A stretch of 32,000 nt of DNA from Candidatus Saccharimonadota bacterium (GTDB lineage: Bacteria > Patescibacteriota > Saccharimonadia > Saccharimonadales > UBA4665), in the NCBI GenBank assembly GCA_016700375.1, contig CP065016.1, forward strand, positions 330,001 through 362,000, in the 5' to 3' direction. The translations under genes were made by a program, and so were the position numbers. Each line of letters begins with the position of its first letter. Position 1 is the first letter of the stretch. The notes under the pieces were generated by a model, which made no database searches, had not been told where the DNA came from, and saw only the letters and a program-made list of their open reading frames with translations. Below, piece by piece: positions 9,659 through 17,496 of this stretch.

Positions 9659-9896
9659 GGTGCATTACCTCTTTGGTTATACTTGTTACGCCGGCGTCCA
9701 ATAGGGCACCGGATCCCTCTGTTGCGGCAACCAAGCACGTGGACAATGTCGACACGTCAGCTCGGATGTCGTCCATGCACCATTTCATGAGCACGTAGCC
9801 CAAGAAGTTGCATGGCCAGCGGACGGGAACCACCCCTTCGTGTCTGCTGGTCATACAGCTCTTGCGTTCCTTATACCTCACGCAAGTATGGTTTTG

Positions 9897-9924
9897 AGTA
9901 TACATTCTCAGTATCGTATGTCAA
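9897..9924 (-). promoter_or_regulatory. sigma70-type promoter for the envelope operon
   Basis: The minus strand reads TTGACA (9924-9919), a 16-nt spacer, then TATACT (9902-9897), preceded by an A-rich tract (aaaaagtaaaaaatg). This predicts a ~230-nt leader before ATG 9658. Confidence 0.45.
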
Positions 9925-9976
9925 CACATTTTTTACTTTTTGTATAAATGATGTAATGTACTCAATCTGCTTATGC

Positions 9977-11077
9977 TTATTCTATGCTGGCCTTAGGTAC
10001 CGGCACAGAACCAGCTGGCAATCCTGCCAGCCCGAGCAGCTCATTGTGTGGCATATAGCAAATATTCCAGTCTAATGATCGTAGCCGGGAGCCTGCTAAT
10101 GAACCATCGAATTGCTGATGTTTCGCGCCCGAATTCATAAACGTACCATCGCTTTTCTTGATTCTATAACTCACAAGTAGCTGTCGAAAGCCTGGGGCTG
10201 TATACGTTCCAAGTCGCTCACGCTGCCAAAGCCCTGACTGGTCTTCTGCCCGTACCGCATGGGCAATTTCCTCTGGGCTCATGAGGAGGTTTCCGCCTGC
10301 GACTTCGCTAGCCCGCCACTGCCTGCCCCACCACAGCACCGTTCCAGGCACATGCGGTGGGTTATTCATGACGCTTTCTTGAGCGCTCATGGCCTTATGT
10401 GTATTGGCCGCCTGCATTCTGTCACGCGAACCCCACATCCAAGGTGGAATGTAGGCAACCAGCTGGCGTTTAGGGTCTGCTAGATTCGTAAGAAGTCTCT
10501 CAGTAAAAGCCTGTAGCATATCACGCGTCAAATCATGATATTCACCGCGTATTTGATATTGCTCAAAGTTCACCGCCGGGACAATTCCAGTAGCGCCGTT
10601 TGTAGCTTCTGTAAAATAGTCTGCCTGTTTTACCGGGTCTGAGTCGGTCAGAGCGTGATAGGCAATGGTAACGAGCCCCGCGTCTGCCAACCGGCGCCGC
10701 ATAGTGTCATAATTGGGCTCACGTACTGTAGCTCCTTGCGTGCTAGATTTTGGCATACCCACCGTTGCGCGGACGGCACAAAAGGCCAGGCCAGCTTTAG
10801 CCATTTTTTTCGCATCTAGCAGCCCACTTGCAAGATTGTTGGCTGCGTCTGGCCTTGCTTCTAGCGCATCATAGCGAGAAAAGTCCGGCCCCATAAGTAG
10901 GGGCTGCGTGGTGGTAAAAATGGGTGATTCTGTCGTCGTACCGGTAGTAGACCGTTCTTCACTGTGAGCTGACCCACCCGGGGTGCAGGCCGCCAAAACG
11001 CCAGCAGCGACAAGGCCCGTACTAGCAAGCATAAAGCTTCGGCGAGATATAAGCGGTGATTCGAACTGTTCTGACAT
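9977..11077 (-). CDS. Tat-signal lipoprotein with GH25-like (muramidase-fold) domain
   Basis: ATG 11077 has AGGAG 8 nt upstream. The signal is 'SRRSFMLASTGLVAAGVLAAC', a twin-arginine motif plus lipobox. The rest is colinear with GH25 lysozymes: 'GPDFSRY' (GIDVSHW), 'AKAGLAFCAVRATVG', 'AGLVTIAYHAL', 'QADYF', 'AVNFEQ' (the DxE position reads NFE) and 'LWWGRQW'. Confidence 0.6.
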   Translation of the reverse strand: MSEQFESPLISRRSFMLASTGLVAAGVLAACTPGGSAHSEERSTTGTTTESPIFTTTQPLLMGPDFSRYDALEARPDAANNLASGLLDAKKMAKAGLAFCAVRATVGMPKSSTQGATVREPNYDTMRRRLADAGLVTIAYHALTDSDPVKQADYFTEATNGATGIVPAVNFEQYQIRGEYHDLTRDMLQAFTERLLTNLADPKRQLVAYIPPWMWGSRDRMQAANTHKAMSAQESVMNNPPHVPGTVLWWGRQWRASEVAGGNLLMSPEEIAHAVRAEDQSGLWQRERLGTYTAPGFRQLLVSYRIKKSDGTFMNSGAKHQQFDGSLAGSRLRSLDWNICYMPHNELLGLAGLPAGSVPVPKASIE

Positions 11078-11420
11078 GATATAACTCCTGGTATTCTGCT
11101 GCATGCGAGCTTCGTACTGTACACGAGATTCAAACTTTGAGCTCATGTGCATTTTCTCCTCGAACATCGGAACGAGCCGTACTAAAGTACGGTGAAGTGA
11201 GTACTGGAGAGGAAAAATGTGCAGGAGCCGAAGAAGCCAGCGGTGCGGCCAGCTTCGCTGGACGGCAGGCTGGCTGGTGCGAAACTCGTGTTGTGAAGCG
11301 TCTGAAAGTTAGGTTTCAGCGATGTATTATCTTGGGTCGTGCTGGGGGAGAAGGAGTGAGTATGAGTACTCAGCTTTAGTGTTATCCTTCTTCCCCAGCG
11401 TGGTGGTGACCCGTCGACGC

Positions 11421-12242
11421 CTACGTGGCGTCAGCGTAGACGTGCTTGCGGTGCATCTCTGCGAGCAGCTCCTCGACGTCGTCGGCGGCGTCGTCGGCGT
11501 CGTCGACCACTTCGCCCGCGATGACGTCGCGGTCGGCGTGGTTGGGGACCTCGTAGAGGTCCTCCAGGCTGGCCGTCGAGGGCCCCTTGTTGGCCTTCTG
11601 TAGCTGGTGCGCCGCGCGCCCGAACCGACGGAGGAGGCCGAAGAGTATGCCGACGACGGCGAATGTGACCTGGACGAGCAGGAGAACCCACTTGACCGAC
11701 CAGTCCAACTCGGTCTTGTACTGCGGGTCTTGGCTGGTATATGCCAACGCCAGCATGCTGTGCATGAAGTCGTAGACCACCAACCAAAACACCATGCTCA
11801 GCACCAACCGGACATCACCCCAGGGGGCGACGTTGCCAACGACCGGCAGCGTTGCCAGCCGGGGCAGGAAGTGCCCGACGACCGGCGCCGCGGCCAGCAG
11901 CAGCACCGGGAGGCAGACCAGCACGAACCTGCCGGCACGCCATCCGAAGGCCCACCGGCCTTCGTACGCGGCCGTTCGGTTCCACCAGTCGATGGGGCCG
12001 GCCAAGACCAACACCATCAGCGGGGCGGCCAACAACACGTACCAGCCGACGGGCTGCAGGTAGCGCACGACCTCGATGGTCGAGCGCTGGTCGACGGGCA
12101 GGGCTGCCCTCGACACGAGCCACAGCCCTGCCAGAGCTGCGACGAGGCGCCACAGCGGCCGCGTCCCGTGGCGCTGGGAGTGGCCGAACTGTCGCTCACC
12201 CGCGGTGAGCATGAGCTGTCGTGCTTGAAGAGTCATCTTCAT
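11421..12242 (-). CDS. polytopic membrane protein with acidic C-terminal tail, encoded in high-GC island 1
   Basis: ATG 12242 is preceded by GGAAGGTGAGG. There are 5-6 hydrophobic helices, codon third positions are saturated with G/C, and the tail is 'VVDDADDAADDVEELLAEM'. The many overlapping ORFs in other frames are high-GC artefacts. Confidence 0.65.
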   Translation of the reverse strand: MKMTLQARQLMLTAGERQFGHSQRHGTRPLWRLVAALAGLWLVSRAALPVDQRSTIEVVRYLQPVGWYVLLAAPLMVLVLAGPIDWWNRTAAYEGRWAFGWRAGRFVLVCLPVLLLAAAPVVGHFLPRLATLPVVGNVAPWGDVRLVLSMVFWLVVYDFMHSMLALAYTSQDPQYKTELDWSVKWVLLLVQVTFAVVGILFGLLRRFGRAAHQLQKANKGPSTASLEDLYEVPNHADRDVIAGEVVDDADDAADDVEELLAEMHRKHVYADAT

Positions 12243-12339
12243 GACCCTCACCTTCCTTTCGACGAGGATTTTTGCGAAGAGCAGTGAAATGACCATAGGG
12301 GTCACCACCATGCATAGGTATACACTATTTCATCACACA

Positions 12340-12368
12340 TTTGCAATATACAAATAAATGTATTATGT
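12340..12368 (+). promoter_or_regulatory. candidate promoter of the deacetylase gene
   Basis: TTGCAA (12340-12345), a 17-nt spacer, then TATGTT (12363-12368), in an AT-rich spacer 40 nt upstream of ATG 12409. Confidence 0.4.
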
Positions 12369-12408
12369 TAAGCTGATTAAACTATAGGCAAGACTAAGGA
12401 GCAACTAT

Positions 12409-13482
12409 ATGGCACGCAATAATTATGATGAAGGTGGTTACGGCGACTTCGAATATGATGTATATGGACCAGATGCATACGGCAATACCCCTCCTCGGTT
12501 CTACACCCAACCCGGTGCAGGGGACTACCCAGCGAGCGGCTTTGAGCCAGTAGTGACACTCCCTCGCCGGCGGTGGCCTGCATTTGTGGCTGGAGTAGTT
12601 TTAACCCTTGGCATTCCTCCCGCTTGGGAAACATTTGTTTCACCTCATTTTGGCACCGTTGCAGCCGCTACACCAACGGAAACGACTGCACGCAAAGCAG
12701 CGGCCGCAAGCCCAAGCTCTAGCGCACAGTCGACCAAAACAAAGACCACTGCACCCAGCGTGACGAGTACTGTCACTCCGACTGCGCCAGCCGGTACGTC
12801 GCCAAATGCAGAAGCTTGTCCGGTACCAGCTGCCACGCCCATGAAGGCCGCACCAGGCAAGGGAAAGACCGTTGCGCTGACTATAGATGACGGTCCTAGC
12901 CCGCAAACACCGAAAGTTCTCGAGATTTTACAGCGCGAGGGTGTACCGGCAACGTTTTTCGTAACGGGTGAGCACGCTGCGCGCTACCCAGCCGAGCTTG
13001 GTAAGATAGCGCTCGCTGGCCACCTTGTGGCCGGGCACAGCTACGACCACCGCTATCCTACAGAGGTTAGCGGCGGCTGGACACCAGCTTTTCTTGCCGA
13101 CCAACTGAGCAGGACAAACAGCCTCATCACCAAAGCTACCAATAATCCGGTTTGCTTTTTCCGTCCACCAGGCGGTTTTATGACCAACGTTATCGAAGCC
13201 GCACAGCGTGTGGGGCAACGCACGGTTATGTGGTCCGTAGATAGCGAGGATTGGAAGCAACCAGCGGGCACGACTACTGAGGCAACTGCCGCTATCGTCA
13301 AAGCTGCAACCAATGTAAAAGACCAAACGAACCCTATCATACTCATACACGAAGATAAAGCCAGCCACGAGCCTGAGACTAAGGTTTCGTCGAACAGAAG
13401 CAATACCCTCGCTGCGCTGCCGGAAATTATCCGGTGGTACCGAGCGCATGGCTATACATTTGTCACGCTTGACGGAAAATAA
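12409..13482 (+). CDS. membrane-anchored polysaccharide (peptidoglycan/chitooligosaccharide) deacetylase, NodB homology domain
   Basis: SD TAAGGAG lies 8 nt upstream. The N-terminal TM is 'AFVAGVVLTLGI', followed by an Ala/Thr/Ser/Pro linker. NodB motifs present are 'TIDDGP', 'GHSYDH' and 'FFRPPGG'. Confidence 0.85.
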   Translation: MARNNYDEGGYGDFEYDVYGPDAYGNTPPRFYTQPGAGDYPASGFEPVVTLPRRRWPAFVAGVVLTLGIPPAWETFVSPHFGTVAAATPTETTARKAAAASPSSSAQSTKTKTTAPSVTSTVTPTAPAGTSPNAEACPVPAATPMKAAPGKGKTVALTIDDGPSPQTPKVLEILQREGVPATFFVTGEHAARYPAELGKIALAGHLVAGHSYDHRYPTEVSGGWTPAFLADQLSRTNSLITKATNNPVCFFRPPGGFMTNVIEAAQRVGQRTVMWSVDSEDWKQPAGTTTEATAAIVKAATNVKDQTNPIILIHEDKASHEPETKVSSNRSNTLAALPEIIRWYRAHGYTFVTLDGK

Positions 13483-13495
13483 TCTGCCGGGGTCG

Positions 13496-14107
13496 CTATT
13501 TCTTTACCGAACTATTTTTATGCAGTCGGTCTGCATTGCGCTGCTGCTCTATTTCGGTGAGCGTGGGATGTGGTTTACCGCGAAGCTTGTCCAAAAGCCA
13601 ACCGGCGGTTTCAAAGGGCTCGACATAGCCGGCCACTCCACCGTCAACAAATCGAGTAAGAGCTGGCACACTGGCCTCTCCCTCCACAACCGTCCGGGAA
13701 CCAGCCGCTACGCCTGGTGCCACCACTAGTACCGCTGATAAGACCAGACCTGTTGTGCGTCGCCTTGCGCGCCGCGCAGCTTGCTCAGCCATATGGCGCC
13801 GGTAGCCAGCCTGGTAGGCACGTTGCTGCATGGCACGGGTTGTTGCTGGCTTTGGCGTACCGTCAGTCCCGGGGGGCACTGAACCATCGACATCCTGCCT
13901 ACTAGCAACCGGTCTTCGGGCTGGCCAAGACGTGCCGTATTCTGATGGTTCAGCGGAATCGTGGTGTAAACTAGGGTTCCCATACCCGCGCAATGGCTCA
14001 TGCTCACTAGAACTAGGCTGGTATCCGGCAAGTGCTTCAAGCTTGCGCAGTAGCTGTTCGGCAGAGTCCGGAGCTCCGTGGCCTGTCCCGTAGTTTTCGT
14101 ATGCCAT
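13496..14107 (-). CDS. hypothetical bitopic protein (203 aa)
   Basis: ATG 14107 has GAGAGG upstream. The N-terminal half is disordered and Pro/Ser/Glu-rich, followed by 'RRARRRTTGLVLSAVLVVAPGVAAG' (positive-inside TM) and a ~70-aa C-terminal domain. Confidence 0.6.
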   Translation of the reverse strand: MAYENYGTGHGAPDSAEQLLRKLEALAGYQPSSSEHEPLRGYGNPSLHHDSAEPSEYGTSWPARRPVASRQDVDGSVPPGTDGTPKPATTRAMQQRAYQAGYRRHMAEQAARRARRRTTGLVLSAVLVVAPGVAAGSRTVVEGEASVPALTRFVDGGVAGYVEPFETAGWLLDKLRGKPHPTLTEIEQQRNADRLHKNSSVKK

Positions 14108-14148
14108 AGCAAAACCTCTCAAACGACTTTATAGTAAAAACATCACAA

Positions 14149-14176
14149 AGTATACTCTATTCAGCAATTTTGACAA
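14149..14176 (-). promoter_or_regulatory. candidate sigma70-type promoter
   Basis: The minus strand reads TTGTCA (14176-14171), a 16-nt spacer, then TATACT (14154-14149). This is the same architecture as the promoter at 9897-9924. Confidence 0.4.
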
Positions 14177-14236
14177 GAGCGCAACTAGTACTTTTGCAAT
14201 ATTAGGAGCCGCCGCTAGGTACCCGCTGGTTCTTGG

Positions 14237-14818
14237 TTAGCGCAGAGCAGTTGTGCCAGCCTGAATGAGTGTTGGTGTAACCGGTTCGCGGCCCACGCCG
14301 TCTGGGTAGGTGAAGGGTAGCACGTAGCTGCCGGGACCAACCTGAACTGTTTCTTTTGCTAAGTCAAAAACATAGCATAATGACACCCGGTCATCTGCAA
14401 CAGGACCACCGTTCCCGAGGCCAGGGTGTTGGGCCTGAAGCATTTCGTCTATTTGCTTTCCCAGCTCATCTACCGTCCGCGGCAACTGTGTGCCAGGGTC
14501 TACGCCTGCTGATACTTCTGTGGTAAGTTCAACCGGTACATCCTGACCATACTGAAGTTTATAGGCGACCGGAAGTAGCTGTAGGATTGCCTGAGCGGTA
14601 CGAGGCACGGGGTTACGAACATCTTCTCGGAGCTTATCGTAACTAAAGACAACACAGGCTTCAGCAGACTGGGCTGCGGCTGACGCACTGTTATCTCCGC
14701 TGGCCTCACTAGCGCTGCACGCAGTAAGTGCAATTCCTGCGGCAAGTGCAGCAGCGACGAGCGGTACAGGTCGGGATAGTTTTTTTTCTACAATAGTAGC
14801 GCGCCTAGGCAATTTCAT
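14237..14818 (-). CDS. hypothetical lipoprotein (193 aa)
   Basis: There is a signal peptide with lipobox 'ALTA|C'. The mature part has no motif I recognise. Confidence 0.7.
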   Translation of the reverse strand: MKLPRRATIVEKKLSRPVPLVAAALAAGIALTACSASEASGDNSASAAAQSAEACVVFSYDKLREDVRNPVPRTAQAILQLLPVAYKLQYGQDVPVELTTEVSAGVDPGTQLPRTVDELGKQIDEMLQAQHPGLGNGGPVADDRVSLCYVFDLAKETVQVGPGSYVLPFTYPDGVGREPVTPTLIQAGTTALR

Positions 14819-15039
14819 ACCACCGTTTTACCTCATCATGTCCAAAAAGTAAATTGCTTGTCTTTGTGTTTTTGTCAATACGCATGTATAACTAGGCCTG
14901 AATCTCGGACACACCCGTCCTGATGGTTCGCGTTGTAGTACGCGGCCGCCCACAAGGCAACCCGTACCCACACATTAGGCCCCGGACCAACCCGGTCTGC
15001 TGGGCTTATGTCCTTTTACACCCCCCGAAGGAGGAGACC

Positions 15040-16071
15040 ATGCGAAACGTTCAGAAATGGGCGCCAGTAGCGTTCATAGCAACCGCACTAGTCATTGTGC
15101 TGGGGCTTGCCCTAGTCACGATATCGGTCGGCGGCAACGCCGCGCCGGGCTGGTTGGCCGCCGCCCTGCTCATCGGCACTGCCGTATGGCTCGCACGCCG
15201 CCCACGCCGCCCGCTCCCGCCGTCGCTCCAGGAGCGACTGGGCGTCGAACTCGCCGAGCGCGGCGTCATGCACGCCGTCGCCGGCACGGTCGAGGAGGAA
15301 GCTCCCACCCAGGAGCTCCCACCCGCACCGGAACCGACGCCAACGCACGACGAGCCAGGTGACGACCCTGTGGTTCAGCGCGCGCTACGACACTGGATTT
15401 CCCAGTTACCATCGTTGCTCGTGGCAGCCGGTTCGCTCGTCGCGTTGGTCGTCGTCCGCGCGAACGAGGACAACGGCGTCTACGGCTGGGTCATCGCGAT
15501 CCTCGTGATGATTGGCTTCGGGATCATCGTCCTGCGGCCTTACTTCGCAGCCGTAGAAAAGGTTGGCGAAGCCTACCGACGACTCCGGGGCATCAAGCGT
15601 ACCACAATCGCGTGGACGAGCATCGGCATCGGCTGTCTCATCGCGGCGTTCGTCCTCTGGTGGTACCAAGCCCAGGTCTCACTGGACCTCAGCTGGCTGT
15701 GGTCGGCGCTGGTGTGGCTCGCTGAGCGACTGTGGGGACTCGCGCAAGCGGTGTTCCAGTCGCCCGCCACGGCGATGACGGTCGTCATCGCGTTCGCCTT
15801 CATCAAGATGGTGTTCTCGCTGCTCGTCTGGGCGAGCAACCCCATTGTGATCACGGAGGCGTCGATCACGGCCGTGTCGGGAATTCTCCGCAAGTCGGAA
15901 CCAAAGGTCGATTTTGACCAAATCACCGACTTGACTCCCGTCTACCCCTTCAAATTGCGCCGCATCCAGCTGCCATGGTGCACGCTCAAGGTCGAGACCG
16001 CGGGACAAAACCAGGGGTTCGATGAGATCCCATGGTTCCCGACGAAGTATTTGCGATACGTCAAGACCTGA
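15040..16071 (+). CDS. polytopic membrane protein with C-terminal bacterial-PH-like (YdbS/YdbT, bPH_2-like) domain, encoded in high-GC island 2
   Basis: ATG 15040 is preceded by GAAGGAGGAG. There are several TM helices. The C-terminal 'ITEASITAVSGILRKSEPKVDFDQITDLTPVYPFKLRRIQLPWCTLKVETAGQ' resembles bPH domains; that domain call is tentative. The region shows very high GC3. Confidence 0.65.
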   Translation: MRNVQKWAPVAFIATALVIVLGLALVTISVGGNAAPGWLAAALLIGTAVWLARRPRRPLPPSLQERLGVELAERGVMHAVAGTVEEEAPTQELPPAPEPTPTHDEPGDDPVVQRALRHWISQLPSLLVAAGSLVALVVVRANEDNGVYGWVIAILVMIGFGIIVLRPYFAAVEKVGEAYRRLRGIKRTTIAWTSIGIGCLIAAFVLWWYQAQVSLDLSWLWSALVWLAERLWGLAQAVFQSPATAMTVVIAFAFIKMVFSLLVWASNPIVITEASITAVSGILRKSEPKVDFDQITDLTPVYPFKLRRIQLPWCTLKVETAGQNQGFDEIPWFPTKYLRYVKT

Positions 16072-16178
16072 CGGGTCGCAAAGGGTGTTGAAGGACATGG
16101 AGCGCGGCGGGCGTACGAGGCAACCCCTCACACCCCGCCGCGCTCCAAGACACTCTATGTATAAAAAGAAGTTACATT

Positions 16179-16228
16179 ACCTGAATCACGAAGCTTTTGT
16201 CCGTGTCATTCCGAGCACTAAATCAAGA
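16179..16228 (+). repeat. left part of a short (about 89 bp) deletion derivative of the MITE, split by the IS3 element
   Basis: ACCTGAATCACGAAGCTTTTGTCCGTGTCATTCCGAGCACTAAATCAAGA is near-identical to the first ~47 nt of the copy at 17497. Confidence 0.7.
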
Positions 16229-16307
16229 TGTCACCCTCCCCATATACTGAACACACCGTCTAGCTAGCAGGCGGTACAATATATCTAATCTGAAGGGAGT
16301 TTTTCGT

Positions 16308-16565
16308 ATGCCTGTTGGCAAACATATTGAGCAACATATAAAAGATGAAATCATCCTCAAAATACGAGATGGTGGTCTCAAGGTCAGTGAAGCTGCTGAC
16401 CAGTACGGGGTTAGTAGCAAGACCATCTACGGTTGGCTAAGAGCTGGTGTTGTAGACGGCAACCGTAACCTCATCCTCGAAAACAATCGACTCAAGCGTG
16501 AGCTTGAGCAGGCCTACCGAGTGCTTGGTAGGCTGACCGCCGAAAGTCAGCGCCCAAAAGGTTAG
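16308..16565 (+). CDS. IS3 transposase OrfA (HTH DNA-binding plus leucine-zipper-like region)
   Basis: The HTH is 'LKVSEAADQYGVSSKTIYGWL', followed by the coiled 'LILENNRLKRELEQAYRVLGRL'. SD GAAGGGAG is upstream. Confidence 0.85.
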   Translation: MPVGKHIEQHIKDEIILKIRDGGLKVSEAADQYGVSSKTIYGWLRAGVVDGNRNLILENNRLKRELEQAYRVLGRLTAESQRPKG

Positions 16566-17446
16566 CTGCCCTGGACGAGGTCGACCCAGGGTGGCGCAAG
16601 CAATACAGCAAGCTCCTGGGCCTTGGCCGGACAAGCTACTATGTTCGTCCAGCGAAACAAGCAGAAACCGACCGACAGGCTATTGCGCGGCTACAGGCAG
16701 CCCACGAACTCCACCCATTCTACGGCGTCGACCGGTTAGCACTGCACCTTGGCTGGAACAAAAAGAAAACCAGACGTATCCGTACGCTTGCGGGTGTTAT
16801 CATACCGACACCAACTAAGAAGCGTCGGAGCGGTTGGTCTGCAGCAGCAGAGATTAGCGCACCGCCTAACGCTCTACAGTGCTACGCTCGTCTTAAAGAC
16901 GAGCTGCGGCCACAGGACGGTCAAAGCTATGCCGACATGGTCAATGCTCATGCGTGGGCGCAGGACTTTACATACCTGTGGTTCGAGAAGCGCTGGCACT
17001 ATCTGGCGGTGGTGCTCGACCTGAAAACCAGGCAAGTGGTTGGTTGGCGGCTCGGTACACGACATACCAGCGAGCTGACCCACGAGGCACTACTCGATGC
17101 ACTCAGCAAGCATCCAGCGCCAGCAATCCTCCACTCTGATCAAGGTTCTGAATACTTGAGCTACAGGCACCAAGACCTCTGCAACAAAATGGAAATCCAA
17201 CTTAGTGCGAGCACCAAAGCCAGCCCCTGGCAGAATGGTTTCATGGAGCGATGGTTTGGTGGCTTCAAGCGCGAAGTCTGCAACCTGACACAATACAAAA
17301 ACTTAGCGGCACTCCACGAAGCCATTGCCCTGCACATCTACTATTACAACCATAAGCGTATCCACAGCGCATTAAAGATGAGCCCGGCAGCTTACGCTGC
17401 CAGTCTCAACAAGAGAGACAGGGTGTTCGCTAAAAGGGGAGGTTGA
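16532..17446 (+). CDS. IS3 transposase OrfB (rve/DDE integrase core), expressed as an OrfAB fusion by -1 frameshifting
   Basis: The frame is open from 16532 with no start codon of its own until 16937. The DDE residues lie in 'WAQDFTYL', 'LHSDQGSEY' and 'NGFMERWF'. The C-terminal 'YYNHKRIHSAL' is typical of IS3. Confidence 0.8.
   Translation, partial: ADRRKSAPKRLAALDEVDPGWRKQYSKLLGLGRTSYYVRPAKQAETDRQAIARLQAAHELHPFYGVDRLALHLGWNKKKTRRIRTLAGVIIPTPTKKRRSGWSAAAEISAPPNALQCYARLKDELRPQDGQSYADMVNAHAWAQDFTYLWFEKRWHYLAVVLDLKTRQVVGWRLGTRHTSELTHEALLDALSKHPAPAILHSDQGSEYLSYRHQDLCNKMEIQLSASTKASPWQNGFMERWFGGFKREVCNLTQYKNLAALHEAIALHIYYYNHKRIHSALKMSPAAYAASLNKRDRVFAKRGG
16553..16559 (+). promoter_or_regulatory. 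programmed -1 ribosomal frameshift heptamer C CCA AAA
   Basis: An X XXY YYZ heptamer lies in the orfA frame 2 codons before its stop. The -1 frame is open from 16532 and continues into the DDE domain, giving the fusion ..ESQRPK/RLAALDEV.. Confidence 0.6.
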
Positions 17447-17451
17447 CAAGA

Positions 17452-17490
17452 TGACGTCTTCACGGTGTCAGTGAGATTCATGATTCAGAC
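17452..17490 (+). repeat. right part of the IS-disrupted short MITE derivative
   Basis: TGACGTCTTCACGGTGTCAGTGAGATTCATGATTCAGAC aligns to the right end (GATGACATTG..TTCGTGATTCAGGT) of the full copies, with a degenerate TIR. Confidence 0.6.
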
Positions 17491-17496
17491 TGAAGA

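Larger units (their letters stand above)
16229..17448 (+). mobile_element. intact IS3-family insertion sequence (1220 bp)
   Basis: The element has TG..CA termini. The 26-bp imperfect inverted repeats match at 21 of 26 positions (TGTCACCCTCCCCATATACTGAACAC at 16229-16254 against the reverse complement of 17423-17448). A 3-bp direct repeat AGA flanks it (16226-16228 and 17449-17451). It has the two-ORF orfA/orfB organisation with a -1 frameshift site. Confidence 0.85.

Noticed and set aside
11431-12287. Many overlapping ORFs in several frames (for example 11431-11787, 11607-12287, 11815-12153, 11852-12208), some extremely Arg/Pro/Gly-rich
   Set aside because: They are stop-codon-poor artefacts of ~70% GC sequence. 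Only the minus-strand ORF from ATG 12242 has an SD and a coherent TM-helix pattern.
15051-16131. ORF pile-up antisense to or out of frame with the island-2 gene (15051-15308, 15057-15362, 15573-15926, 15679-16131 and others)
   Set aside because: This is the same high-GC artefact. These ORFs have no SDs and low-complexity Arg/Gly/Asp products. The plus-strand ORF from 15040 has GAAGGAGGAG upstream and membrane-protein character.
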